From contig OX597837.1 in NCBI GenBank assembly GCA_951406725.2, forward strand, positions 21,142,001 to 21,206,000: 64,000 nucleotides of DNA, in the 5' to 3' direction. How positions within the stretch are numbered: position 1 is the stretch's first letter; every line of letters begins with the position of its first letter. The notes beneath the pieces are model-generated. The model saw only the letters and a program-made list of their open reading frames with translations. It was not told where the DNA came from and did no database searches. The DNA comes from Octopus vulgaris. Its lineage: Eukaryota. Shown one piece after another: positions 11,513 through 25,543 of this stretch. The position numbers were made by a program, and so were the translations under genes.

Positions 11513-14500
11513 GTAAGTATAATCTTGCCTGCTGATAGCAGTTATTAACTACTTATCTCTCTGTTCACATAAAGCTACAGACGAATGGTATTTTATTTAC
11601 AAGCCAATGAGGAAGCCACCATGTGGTCACTTGACCTGCTAGAGATACCAGCCAAACGTTCGCTTGATCTGTTAGAAATAACAACCATGCTCCTTCGAAT
11701 CAGATCATAACTTTCTAAAGCGGGAAGGGCGCATTTGATGTTATAATCCTCGATATACAAGCTGGAATACTTTTGATCAAAAATCAGGCGGGTCAAAGCT
11801 GACCTCGGGTTAAATAACAACAATTCATAAACACTTGCCTATCTCCGCTCCTTTTTGTTGTTTACTTCACGTCTCTTAACGATCACAAACATATGTTCAT
11901 ATTGTTTATTTAAATCATATTAATTCAATTAAGACCCATAGATTAGTAGATAAGAGCTCGGTTTATATAAATAAGCATAAAAGAAGCTGACTTTTTAGCC
12001 TCTGTAAGGTGGTGGTTATTCACGAAACAATCCATTTTACCGAAGTAGTTCAGTAGAGACGTATTTTACTCGATCTCATCTCTACATCTTAAGTTTGTAT
12101 CGTGCCAAGGTTGGATGTTGACCTTTCGTCATTCTAGAATCGAGCTAATCATTTGTGACAGATCTTAGAAATCTAATAACTTCTAAGGAAGCCTTCATGC
12201 GGTTGTTCAGCATCAAACACCGGGTCGTTGGATTTGCGGTGGAATTTTGGAATAACAGTCTCCCATACCTCATGGGAGAATAAGAATGGTACAGAGCAGA
12301 GGAAACAATGTTTAGAACCGTAATTTGTTATGTAAATCGCAGAAATACTAAAATAATCCTTTCTACTATACACACAAAGCCTGAAATTTGGGGGAGGGGC
12401 TAATCTACCTCGGCCGTATTTGTAATCAGAACGTAAGAAGACAGACGAAATACCACTAAGCACTTAGTCAGGCGTGTTAACGATTCTTTCAGCTCAATAA
12501 TAATACTGGTTTCAAATTTTGGCACAAGGCTTGCAATTTCGGGGTGGAGTGAGTAAGTCGATTATCTCGGTTCCAGTATTCAACTGGTACTTATTTTATC
12601 GACCCTGAAAGAATGCAAAGCAAAGTCAACCTCGATGGAATTTAAACTCAGAACTCAAAAGTCAGACGAAATGCCGCTTAGCTTTTTGTCCATCGTGCTA
12701 ATAATAATAATAATAATAATAAAGGGGAAAGAAGTTTCGTTTTCTTTTCCCAAGAAGTATGGAATTTCAAGGGACATCTAATCCAAAATTCCGCTAGATT
12801 TGCTTGGATATTTTTGGCAATATCATCGAAATCCTTCTAGATCTTCCCTTAAATGTAGTCTGATTGTGTGGGATTAATTTAAAAAACAGAAAAAACTTTT
12901 TAGGGTGTGCGTGTTTGTGTATGTGGAGTGACAAAATCGTTAGAGCTTCAGACACAAAATGTTTTTCAAGTTCGAAGTCCGCTTCCTGTCGTAGTAAACG
13001 TTACCTTTCGTTCTTCTGAAAGGTACAAAATAAAATAATAATCAATTACTTAGGTCGATTTAATATTTGCATAAAGCATACTAGATGTGAATGGAAATAT
13101 AACAGAGGCATTCTTTAGTGCCATAGAAGAATATAAGACATCGCTAATAAGAAAACGATCAGCGTGTAACGTAAATGTTAATCGTATGTAACTATGACGA
13201 GGAAATTTTCCAGGTATACATGTTGCATAGTTGCTTGTTATGTAGGGACCATCATATAGAATTGTAGTGAGCCTAAAGAAATATCTTAAATTTATTAAAA
13301 TTATATTCATAATATAGAAAAGGGTGGAGTAACCATCACGAATTTGTATGTAAGGGTGGGGGTGGAATAACCACCATGAATTGTGTGTATGTTAAGTTGT
13401 AATGATTGCAAGTCATGGTTGGTTGTGTACTTAGGTGTTTCTTTAAAAATCGAAAGCATTGTTGATAAGACAACAAGGAAGCCTTCATGCGGTTGTTCAG
13501 CCTGTTAGAAAGAGCAGTTTAAATTCCTATCAAATCACACCCTACTGTCTCAAGAGTAAGGTGTATATCTGGAGAGAACGACAGGATGGTCGAAGCTGGA
13601 ATGCTTTTTCATCTTAAGTCTTCTCTGTCAGAGCTGATCAGAGTTAAATAACAACAGTAAAATTTTCCCCAAATTCCTTTCATATTGCGTTCAGATATTG
13701 TACGTTTGTACATGTTTACCACTTCAGTAAATTGAAGAGTTGCGCTAAGTTTTAAACGTTTTTTAAACACGTTTTTAATATATGTCTTTTACACTCGTAA
13801 CCTGGTTGCTTTCATTGCCATGTTCATACTACTTATTTATCGATTGCTCCATTGAAATATTTTCTTATTTCTTTATTACCCACAAGGGGCTAAACACAGC
13901 GGGGACAAACAAGGACAGACAAAGGGATTAAGTCGATTACATCGACCCAGTACTTAATTTATCGAGCCCGAAAGGATGAAAGGCAAAGTCGACCTCGGCG
14001 GAATTTGAACTCGGAACGTAACAGCAGATGAAATACCTATTTCTTTACTACCCACAAGGGGCTAAACACAGAGAGCATTTCACCTGGCGTGCTAACGTTT
14101 CTGCCAGCTCGCCGCCTTGTCATTGAAGTATTTTCTGTTTACATTGCAAGTATTGCTTCCGTATAATTATTTCTCATAGCTTGTTGGGAACAAAACAACG
14201 CCTCTCACTCAGAATCGAATTGTCATTTTTTTAATGTTCCGACTGAATGAGAGAAATAGTAATATTGGTTTCAATGTTTTGCACAAAGCCAGCAATTTTT
14301 TTAGGAGTCGGGTGGGGACTAGTTGATTACATCCACTCCAGTATTCAACTAGTACTTTTTTTATCGACCCCGAAATGATGAAAATCGACCTCAGCGGAAT
14401 TTGAACTCAGAACGGAAAGACGATGCCCAGCGTGCTATCGACTCTGTCTGCTCGTCGCCTTGAATTTTTTTAGGAACAAGGGATTGGTGTATTACATTGA

Positions 14501-14771
14501 ACTCCATTGCTCAACCGGTACTTATTTTATCGACCCGAAAAGATGAAAGGCAAAGTCGATCTCGGTGGAATTTGAACACAGAATGTAAAAAGTCATAAGG
14601 AATTCCACTAAGCCTTTTTCCGCTGCACTAAAGATTCTGCCATATAATAGGAATAAGCATAAACCTTTATTGTCCGTCGCTTTGATGCTTAGCTCCTAAC
14701 AGAACAAGCAGACCTATGCTCAAAGTATTTCCAACTTTTACTATCCTATAATTTTAGAATAGTTATTTTTT

Positions 14772-14954
14772 GGATCTTTTCATTTCCAAGGCCTGTTTTG
14801 TCAGATTTTTCTAGTTAACTAAATAACAATTCCGTTTTCATTCTGGTTTACAATTATGTTTTCTTTTGACACATTCTACCAGTATACGAAGTTTCAACTT
14901 GTTTGGTTAAGTAGGAAAAATCTGAAAAAACAGGCCTTGGAAATGAAAAGATCC
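14772..14954. mobile_element. Related MITE with GG termini and 8-bp TSD
   Basis: Perfect TIR GGATCTTTTCATTTCCAAGGCCTGTTTT; flanks TATTTTTT / TATTTTTA; shares internal CACATTCTACCAGTATACGAAGTTT (inverted) with the 10188 MITE. Confidence 0.8.
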
Positions 14955-16036
14955 TATTTTTATATATATATATATATATAAAAACCTGGTAAATATTCTA
15001 TCAGTTTTTTTTTTTTTGCCGAACCGTTAAGTTATATGAGCGTAAACAAGTCAACACCGGTGGTAGGGAAAACACACACACACACACACACACACGACGG
15101 GATTCTTTCAGTTTCCGCCTACCAAACCCACTCGTAAGGCTTTGTTTGGCTTGGGGCTATAATAGAAAACGCTTGCCAAAGGTGCCACACTGTAGGACTG
15201 AACCTGGAACCATGTAGTTGGATAGCAAACTTACAACTCTGCCACAAAAATATTGGGCATTAAATGAATGTAGGATTTCAAGTGGAGATTTTAAACAAGA
15301 TTAAGGATCTAACCCTGGAATGACTCTCTTCGCTACCTAAAATGGTACCTGACACCAATTTTGAATCGAAGTTTCAAACTTTCGAACTAAGCTTCAAGTT
15401 CTAAATCCTAATTGTTGCCATCTCACTGCTAGTAACTCTATAGGAAAGGCATGCTTGTTATAACATGCTTTTCTCTTCTATTTTAATCTAAGTTCTTTTG
15501 AATACAAAGGAAGCCTCTACTGGTATTGGCCGTGATCCATGTCGTTCAGTTTACTTTGGCTGTAGCAACCCATTTCTTTCTCAGGGGCATTTTCTGTGGG
15601 TGGTCAGTTTTCCCATTAAGGGTAGGAAAGTTAGTACTCCCGTGGGAAGGTGGAGTGTTCGATTTTCCTATAGGAGGATGGAGAGAAGGTTCGATTTACT
15701 ACTGTCATTTTTTTTTGTCCTAACTTAGCCAGTGTTAGGCATATTTAATAGAGGAAACATTAAAAACAACCAAACGGGACAAGTAAGGAAAAATATATTT
15801 GTCAATGGGTAAAGTATGGGAGATAACTCTTGAACGTATTTCAGTCTGAGATCTAATCTTTGATGAAATGGATGGAAGAATTTCTAAATGTATGTATAGG
15901 CGTGGGTGTATGGTAAGAAGCTTGCTTCCCAACCACATGATACCAGGTCCAGTTCCACTACGTGGAACCTTGAGTAAGTATCTTCTACTCTAGTCTTGGG
16001 CCGACCAAAGTAGATAGAAACTGAAAGAAGCCTGTC

Positions 16037-16075
<39 letters not shown>

Positions 16076-16076
16076 C

Positions 16077-17178
16077 TGTTACGAGGGGGGACCTCCGATT
16101 CGAACTGTTACGGAATCCCTCACACCCAGGCCCGTTCGATGCAGCGAATAAGCTACGGAAACTCGGAGAGGAGAGGAGAGACAACGACAACAGTAGCAGC
16201 AGCACAGAGGCAACCGAGATAGACACAAAGAGGCAAGGCACAACTGGCTTACATTTAACAACTAGTTTATATGACAATCAATTGTTACAACATCAAATAC
16301 ATTTCAGATACATTTAAAAGAGGACATGCACGTGACAACTCAATACATCATACAGGTATACCACAGATCAAAGCATTTAAAGGAAACAACAAATCAATAC
16401 AGGTATACAACACATCAAGTTCAATACATCAGCATTTCAAAAGTACAAGTCCGAAGACACAGTTCTATTTCAAAACACATCAACAAGTCATATACAGTTC
16501 AAAGGACATTACAGGCCTAACAGTTCAATGTTCATTATACAATGTTCAAATCACAACACTGTACACAATGTCTTTACACAATTCACATTGTTCTTTTCAG
16601 TCTCATTTCTTTTCACTGTTCAATACATCAATTCCTTGTCCTTCTTTTTCTTCACATATCAATACACAATTCACGTACCTTAATTCCTAATTAGAATAGC
16701 CAGTGTCCCATATTGTAGTTCCTCTCTCTCAGTACTGCTAGCTCCAACTTGCCAAACTCTTGCCCCGAATTCCCAAATCCTCGCTCCTAAAATTCCAACT
16801 GCTCGTTTTGACGACCGAAATCCGACTCTATCACTCCCCTCAATCTGTCTCTACTGCTCATACTCTCTCTATCTGCTCTCTGCCTATCTCTATCGGCGCT
16901 GCTACTGTCATTCTCTCATGACAGCTCTCAGATCCCTTACTCTGTCTTTCTCACTACTTTCTTCTTCCTCTTCTTCACTGTCACTAGATTCTTCCTTACT
17001 CTATCTTCCTCGGCCCTCACATCTCTCTGACCCCTAATCGACCGGCACAAGGCCAAAGGTCCCTCCAAAAGCCATTACTCTTCCAGTAAACAAAGGGCTG
17101 TAGCTTTTTATTCCAGACTTGCAGGCGCCACTCCCAACAAAGTGGGTCAAGAAATACTGCACCAGCCAAACCATAACA
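16077..17178. mobile_element. Probable solo LTR inserted in the (TA)n tract of a family A SINE
   Basis: TGTTA...TAACA termini, 1.1 kb, no internal coding region; the SINE resumes after it; flanks ATAC / ATAT. Confidence 0.65.
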
Positions 17179-18448
17179 ATATATATATATATACACACAC
17201 ACTACATTTTGATCTTAGCCAAAAGGCGGTCCCCCACCACCACTAGACAACTAGGGCTGGTGTGTTTACATCCCTGTAACTTAGAGATTCGGCAAAAAGA
17301 GACCGATAGAATAAGTACCAGGCTTACAAAAAATAAGTACTGGGGTTAGTCTTTTACTTGTTTCAGTCATTTGACTGCGGCTATGCTGGAGCACCACCTT
17401 TAGTCGAGCAAATCGAACCCAGGACTTATTCTTTGTAAGCCTAGTACTTATTCTATCAGTCTCTTTTGCCAAAGCGCTAAGTTATGGGGACATAAACACA
17501 CCAGCATCGGTTGTCAAGCGATGTTGGGGGGACAAACACAGACACACAAATACATACGACGGGCTTCTTTCAGTTTCTGTCTACCAAATCCACTTTAATA
17601 AAAACCCGAATAACACATTAGACCTCTTACACCCAGTAGCATTCTATGGTCTGGCAACTGCCACTAAGGCATTTTTGGTTGGCTATGTGGTAAGAAGTTT
17701 GTTACCCAACCAAATGGTTTTGGGTTCAGTCCCACTGCATGGCACCCCTTGAGCAAATGTCTTCTACTATATCCCTGGGCCAGCCAAAACCAAAGCCTTG
17801 TGAATAGATTTGGTAAATGGATACTAAAAGTATATTAATAGCAGTCCAGAAAAATAGGACAAATGCTACCATTGATTAGCTCCATGAGGCCATCGCCTCT
17901 AGCTAGCTATGTGACACACAAACCTGTGTCCATTATAACCTTCGAACAGGGGAGGTTGGCAGCTTCCCCTTGCTGGTCTGACATCCACAGACTAGTTTCG
18001 CTGCCGTAGTCTCCTTTAGAGAGAATTAGAAATAATGATATTTCGATACTATAAGTAGTTGTTTATATATGTGTACCTGTGCATGTGTGTCAGTCTCCTT
18101 GCCTTAACATCACGTGATTATAAGAGAGTGTCATCATTACACTAGCAGTGTCTTTTATTTCCAGTCTTCTGTGAAAACATGTCAGACTATTGGGAAATAT
18201 TACCTTACTTGGAAACAGGTGAGGGTTGGTGACAGGGAGGGCACCCGACTGCAGAAAATGTGCCTCAACAAATTCTGTCTGACCCATGCAAGCATGAAAA
18301 AGTGGACATTAAAACAATGGCGATGATGATGATGAATACAGGGGACAAACAGATCTTTGTTCAAAAGCATCATTAGTTGTATTATTTCTTGTTTTCAGTT
18401 TTGCTCTAACATTGAGAAGACATCAATACATGGAAAATGAGACAGTTA

Positions 18449-18725
18449 CCCTTAACATGTTAATTGCTACATATACCGCCAGTGGTCCATCCCAAACGTC
18501 ACACAAGTGCCATATGCACCTCTGGTGGTACATTTTCATAATTTGAGAAGATATTTTATTCTATTTCTTTGACATGGTTTTGAGGATATTTATATAACAT
18601 GAGTGCAAAGTTTTAAGTTTAATTACAAAATATTGTAAAAATCCCCCCAAAATTGTAGTGTGATTGGAAATCTATAGTATCACCAGTAAGTTCTATTGAC
18701 AGACTGGTGGTTAATGTGCTAAGGG
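18449..18725. mobile_element. piggyBac-like MITE remnant
   Basis: CCCTTAACAT...ATGTGCTAAGGG termini with degenerate TTAA flanks. Confidence 0.45.
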
Positions 18726-19708
18726 TCAGTTTCTGTTTTCTATTATTTTGCTATGATCTGGAAATAACCAGGTCCCAAAGTTACTGGATTTAAACAGCTC
18801 AGCCTGTATTAAGTTTGCAGAAATGGCAAAAAAATAAGACTAAGTCATCATCATCATCATCATCATCATCCCTTAATGTCTGTTTTCCAAGCTGGCATCG
18901 GCTGGACAGTTTGACCAGAGCTGGTAAGCAGGAGAGCCGCACCAGGTTCCAGTCTGATTTGGCTTGGTTTCTGCCTGCTGGATGCCCTTCCTAATGCCAA
19001 CCTCTTTACAGAATGTGCTGGGTGCTTTTAATGTGGCACAAGCACAAGTGCTTTATGTGTTACCAACATGAGCACTTTGAAAGTGGCACCAACACAAGTG
19101 CTTTTTACATGGCACTGGCACAGGGTTCTTGCAGGCCAATCTTCTTCATCATGGGAAGTGGTATTAACATTACTGCTGTGGAGAACAGGTCTTCTTGAGT
19201 ACCACAAGGCACCAGATATATCAGTCCTTTGTCATCTCCCTAAGGTTCAGTGTCCTCAGGTCATCCTTCAGTAAATGGTTAAGAATATTTAGTTTTGTCT
19301 TTCTAGTAAGGCAGCAAGCTGGCAGAAACGTAAGCGCGCCCGGCAAAATACTTAGCGGTATTTCATCTGTCATTATGTTCTGAGTTCAAATTCCGCCGAG
19401 GTCGACTTTGCCTTTCATCCTTTCGGGGTTGATAAATAAAGTACCAGTTTCGCACTGGGGTTGATGTAATCAACTTAATCCCTTTGTCTGTCCTTGTTTA
19501 TCCCCTCTGTGTTTAGCCCCTTGTGGGTAGTAAAGAAATAAATATTTAGTTTTGTCTTTCTATGTTTTAGGTTCAAATGAAAATTTCAGAACAGATTTTA
19601 CCTTTCATTTTTTCAGTAACATATAAATCATTTGTCCTCAAGTGATTTAGTAAGAACCCAATTCTCTAAAATGCTCTCTTCTTTTTCTTTGATTTTTTTT
19701 TTTGTCAG

Positions 19709-19796
19709 GACTTACTTGGTGTCAGCATGATCTTACCATTGATAGGACCGCATGTGAGGGATATGGGGGCTTCATCAACCGTTGTAGGAGCTCTAG
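19709..19796 (+). CDS. MFSD9: MFSD9-like exon 2 (DLLGVSMILPLIGPHVRDMGASSTVVGAL-G)
   Basis: Poly-T tract plus CAG acceptor, GTAAG donor, 88 nt (phase 0 to 1); MFSD9-like peptide. Confidence 0.92.
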
Positions 19797-20134
19797 GTAA
19801 GAATGACAATTTTCTTTTCAATTAGAAACTACCTCTTTGGTGACAAACTAGCAGAATTGTTAGCACATCAGGCAAAATGCTTGCTTAGCGGCATTCATCC
19901 ATCTTTACATTCTCAGTTCATCCTTTTGAGATCAATAAAATAAGTGCCAGTTGAGTACTGGAACTGATATAATCAACTTACCTGCTTCCCCAAAGTTGCT
20001 GGCCTTGTACCAAAATTTGAAACCATTATTTAAGGCAACAAAGCTGGCAGAATCATTAGCACTCCGGGCAAAATGCTTAGTGGTTTTTCATCCATCTTTA
20101 CATTCTGAGTTCAAATTTTCCCAAGGTCAGCTTG

Positions 20135-20927
20135 TGCCATCTTCAGTATTTATTGCCCCTGTGCATCTGCCGCACACAAAAACTATCTTCCTTTGATATT
20201 GCTGCACTTCTTATGTGTCCATAGCTTACACTGAGTACATCTTATGCCTTTTCTACAGATCGAGCAAGGCCGTCTACCTGAAAGGATTTGTGATTAGTCT
20301 GCCTTCCTACTTACTAAGACTTTGGTTTTTGCTAGATTGACTCTAAGACCTTTCGATTCTAGACCTTGCTTCCACACCTGAAACTTCTTTTCTAGTTCTG
20401 GTTGTGACTTGGCTATTAGAGCGAGGCCATCAGCATAGAGATGCTCCCAGGGGCATCCTGTTTTGAATTCCTTTGTTATTGCCTGAAGGACTATGATGAA
20501 TAAGAGGAGGCTGAGAACTGATCCTTGGTGAACCCCTACTTCTACCCGGAATTCTTCATTATACTTGTTGCCAACCCTCACCTTACTGACATCATCCCTG
20601 TACGTGGCTTGTACAGCTCTCGCCAACCATTCATCCATCCCTAGTTTCAGCATCGACCACCAGATAAGGGATTGAGGGACCCTGTCAAAGGCTTTCTCCA
20701 TGTCAATGAAAGCCAAGTACAGAGGTTTATCTTCAGTTAGGTAATTCTCCTGTAGCTGCCTTACCAGATATATAGTATCAGTGGTGCTTCTCCCTAGCAC
20801 AAACCCAAACTGCATCTCATCTAAACTACCTCTTTCCCTAATTAGTTGGTCTACGACCCTATCCATGACTTTCATCACCTGATCCAACAATCTGATACCT
20901 CTGTAATTATTCCTATCTAATGCATTA
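20135..20927 (-). mobile_element. RTE-clade LINE reverse-transcriptase fragment in MFSD9 intron 2
   Basis: NYRGIRLL, QFGF..GRSTTD, AFIDMEKAFDRVP, GVHQGSVLS, LYADG and GLRVNLAKTKVL RT motifs; the catalytic YADD is mutated. Confidence 0.92.
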
Positions 20928-20928
20928 T

Positions 20929-20961
<33 letters not shown>

Positions 20962-22556
20962 TATATATGTATCATCATCATCATCATCATCAATTGTTAA
21001 AGAGGCGCTCTAGTAATCTGTTACAGCACTTACCTAGCATACCTAGTCGTTTAGATAACCTGTGAACTAAACTCCCATACTTTGTGTGTGTGTGTTTATA
21101 TATCATATCATATCTTATAACAGACTATATTCAAACAAAGAAATTAATAGTATCACTATGTCTCCTGATGAAAGTCGGAGATGAGATCTACTGGAACACA
21201 GTGAATATATGAATATATAATAGTAAACGTTTTCAATCATAATGTAAATGTAAATAGTAGTTTCAAATTTTGGCACAACGCCCACAATTTCAGGGGAGGG
21301 GATAAGTAAGTTACATCGAACCCCAGTGCTCAACTGGTACTTAACAACCTTGAAAGGATAGAAGGCAAAGTTGATCTTAATGGATTTGAACTCAGAATGT
21401 GAAGACAAACGAAATGCTGCAAAGAATTTTGCCTGGTTTGCTAGCAAATCTGTCAGCTCACCACATTTATATTTGTTAATATTAACACAAAAGGCATCCT
21501 CTGTAAAAGTTAGTCTTTGCTGGATGTGCAATGTCAATGTGCATTTACAACAGCGTGTAAGTGTCTTAAGAGAAAAGTTGGAGCATAAGAGACATCAGAT
21601 GTGGTGTGCAAGAGAGATGGCTGCTTTAATATGGTCATGTGATGTGTATGGATGTGAACAGTCGTGTGAAGAAATGCCAATCTTTAACAGTGGAGGGTAG
21701 CTATGGAGGAGGGAGACCCAGGAAGTCATGGGCGGCGAGCTGGCAGAAACGTTAGCATGCCAGGCGAAGTGCTTAGTGGTATTTCGTCTGTCTTTACGTT
21801 TTGAGTTCAAATTCTGTTGAGGTTGACTTTGGCTTTCATCCTTTCGGGATCGATAAATTAAGTACCAGTTATGCACTGGGGTCGATGTAATCGACTTAAT
21901 CCATTTGTCTGTCCTTGTTTGTCCCCTCTGTGTTTAGCCCCTTGTGGGTAGTAAAGAAATAAGTATGATCTTCAAACATTGGACCTCACTGGGGCAAAGA
22001 CTAGTGACCAAGACCTTTGGCAATATGTTGTGCTTGAGAAGATTCATCAAGCCAAATGAAATCATATTTGTGGCTATTGTTGGTGTCACATAACTGGCAC
22101 CTGTGCTGGTGGCATGTACCTTGTGAGCATTGGGCTTCACAGAGGCGATGTGGCTGATGCTAGTGTTGTGTAAGTGGCACCTGTGCCAGTGACACATAAA
22201 AAGCACCTTTCAAGCATTGGGCCTCTTAAGAAATGATGAGACCTTTTGTAATATACTGTGCTTGAGAAGAAGACCCATCAAACCAAGTGAAGTCGTAGTC
22301 ATGACAGATACTAGTATCACGCAAATAGCACTCATGTCGGTGGCTTGCAAAAGCATCCATTACACTCTCAGAGTGGTTAGCATTAGGAAGGGCATCCAGC
22401 CATAGAAACCATGCCAAATCAGACTGGAGTCTGGTGCAGCCCCTCAGTTTATCAGCTTTAGTCAAACCCATGCCAACATGGACAACAAATGTTAAAAACA
22501 CCTTTAATGTATTTGAGGGCCATTGAGCAGCTAACAGCTTTTGGATAGTTATAGAT

Positions 22557-22776
22557 ACAAGAAGGTGCTGAAAAGTTCCTGGCTTTAAGGTTATTGCAAA
22601 GGGCTTGGTTGGAGGCCCAACCTTCTGAGTTCTTCTACAGGGCTTAGGAAAACTGAAGGACCACTCCAATAAGTGTGTGAATCTGAGAGGGGAAAATGTT
22701 GGATAAAATCATAGTAAACTGATCTGCTTGTATTTTTCTTTTACCCAAAGTTAGAAACTTTTCAGCATTGCCTCAT
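22557..22776. mobile_element. Mariner-derived MITE
   Basis: TIR pair AAGAAGGTGCTGAAAAGTTCCTGGCTTT / AAAGTTAGAAACTTTTCAGCATTGCCTCA with TA flanks; resembles the TIRs of the 4645-6957 mariner. Confidence 0.6.
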
Positions 22777-25499
22777 AGTCTTTTGTATCACAATGTGTTT
22801 GATTTTGACTTACATAAATATTGGAAACGATGGAAATGGGTAGAAGACAGGGCAATATATTTATATGTAACATAAGATATAATTTACATGTGGCACTCCG
22901 TCGGTTACGACGACGAGGGTTCCAGTTGATCCAATCAATGGAACAGCCTGCTCATGAAAGTAACGTGCAAGAGGCTGACCACTCCACAGACACGTATACC
23001 CTTAACGTAGTTCTCGGGGAGATTCAGCGTGACACAGAGTGTGACAAAGCTGGCCCTTTGAAATACAGGTACAACAGAAACAGGAAGAAAGAGTGAGAGA
23101 AAGTTGTGGTGAAAGAGTACAGCAGGGTTCGCCACCACCCCCTGCCAGAGCCTAGTGGAGCTTTAGGTGTTTTTGCTCAATAAACACTCACAATGCCCAA
23201 TCTGGGAATCGAAACCGTGATCCAACGACCATGAGTCCACTGCCCTAACCACTGGGCCATTGCACCTCCACATGTAGGACATGGATAAATGAAAAAAATC
23301 AGAAGTTGGCCATTACAAAAACAAGTTGCTGGTCATCATGTAAGATTTCTTTTTGTTTTCTTTTTTGAAATGGAGGTTCTGGTTTATTGTGGAAGAAGCA
23401 GGGTGCCTTCAGTTTTCACAGACCGTAAAAGACTGGTGAGATTGACATGGTAATGAATGTCAGCAAGTTGTTGGTTTGCAGGATAACTTGGATCAGAAGG
23501 GATTTTCAGAAGTTTGAAATTCTGTGGTGGAAAGACCTGGGCATAGTGATTATTACAGAGCCTTGTTAGGATGGGGTGATGTGTGTCACTATGGCTGATG
23601 AGAACAGGAGGGACAAGTGAGTTGGGTGGGTCTGAGTTGAAATGACACAGGACCAGCCAGGTGTGTTGAGGAATGTAATCATGGTAGCATTTAGCCCAGA
23701 AGCCAGAGCGTGTTGTTGTATGGCTTCATGCCATTCAGTAAGGAGACCTCCTTTAGGATATGGTCTCATAAATCTCTGTGTGGCAGAAGTACAGACCCAG
23801 CTGCAGGGAGCAATATGCCAATTTTGTGTCTAACTTGACCTTAGTAATAATTTACATTTCCTGACACCAGATTCAATCAAGAAGTGAATCTGAACTGCAA
23901 TCATAGCTTTCCAGAGACTTGCATTCTCCTCTCACTCAACAATACCAATATACCCTTTGAAAATCTGTTAACCTGTTGGAAATAGCAGCCAAGTCTTACT
24001 CAGCTCTCAACCAAGCATCTTTAAAAGAAGGAAAGATAGGAATATCTAGTCATACATATATACTGTATAGGTGCAGGCATGACTGTGTAGTTAAGAAATT
24101 TGCTTCCCAACATCATGGTTTCAGGTTCAGTCCCACGGCATGGCACCTTGGGCAAGTGTCTTCAACCATGCCCTGATCTGTCTAAAGCCTTACAAGTGGA
24201 TTTAGTAGATGAAAACTCCAGGGGAGGAGCTAAGTCGATTACATCAAATCCAGTGTTCAACTGGTGCTTATTCTATTGACCCTAAAAGAATGAAAGGTAA
24301 AGTCATCATTGGCAGAATTTGAACTGAGAACGTGAAGATGAACGAAATGTCCATCATATATATGTGTATATATATGTATGTATATACATCTGGGCCTATT
24401 AATGTATGTGTCTGTGCATATGTTTGTGTTTCCTTGAGTTGGCACCACATGGTGGTTGTAAAATGATTGTCACTCTCATAGAAGTAACGTCATTCATTTC
24501 CAATATTCTGTGGAAAACCTGTTTGGTCATGGGGAAATATTACCTTAGTTGGAAACGGGTGAAGGCTGGCAACAGGAAGGTCATCCACTCAGAAAATATG
24601 CTTCATTTAAACTCTGTTCAAGATATGCAATTATGGAAAAGTGGATGTTAAATGATGATGATGACTGAAATAGAAGTTGGAATGGTCACAAATGGAACAC
24701 CTTTAATTACAGAAATTTTCAATCCATGTTGACTGAAAAACAATGACAACAGTAATCATTTATGATATCAATACTTATATGAATCTTAAGGTGGTAAGCT
24801 GGCAGAATCATTAGCACGCTAGGCAAAATGCTTAGCAGAATTTTGTCAATCTTGGCGGCGAGCTGGCAGAATTGTTAGCACACCGGACGAAATACTTAGC
24901 AGTATTTCGTCAGCTGTTACATTGTGAGTTCAAATTCCGCCGAGGTCGACTTTGCCTTTCATCCTTTCGGGGTCGATAAATTAAGTACCAGTTATGCACT
25001 GGGGTCGATGTAATTGACTTAATACCTATATCTGTCCATGTTTGTCCCCTCTATGTTTAGCCCCTTGTGGGTAATAAAGAAATAGGTATTTCGTCAGCCA
25101 CCACGTTCTAAGTTCAAATTCCACCGAGGTCGAGTTAGCCTTTGATCCTTTTGGGGTCACTTAAATAAGTACCAGTTATGCACTGGGGTCAATGTAATCG
25201 ACTTAATTCCTTTGTCTGTCCTTGTTTGTCCCCTCTATGTTTAGCCCCTTGTGGGCAGTAAAGAAATAAGAATGTTGTCCTTCTTTACGTTCTGAGTTCA
25301 AATTCTGCTGGGGTTGATTTTGCCATTCATCCTTTCAGGGTTGATAAAATAACTACCTGTTGAGCACTGGGGTTGATGTAATCGACATACCCCTTCCCCA
25401 TGAAACTTGCTGGCCTTGTGCCAAAATTTGAAACCAGTATTTATATAAATCTTTTTTTACTAATTATATTAATGTTTTAATTACATTGGTCATTTCTAG

Positions 25500-25543
25500 G
25501 ATCCGTCTATGGTGCCTTACAACTGTTCTCAAGTCCAATTGTT
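25500..25543 (+). CDS. MFSD9: MFSD9-like exon 3 (GSVYGALQLFSSPIV)
   Basis: TTTCTAG acceptor, GTAAGT donor, 44 nt restores phase; resembles MFSD9 GSSYGILQLFSS. Confidence 0.92.

Noticed and set aside
20294-20962. Possible domesticated reverse-transcriptase gene
   Set aside because: YADD is mutated to YADG, the start lies in a TG microsatellite, and the ORF is truncated; an ordinary dead RTE fragment.
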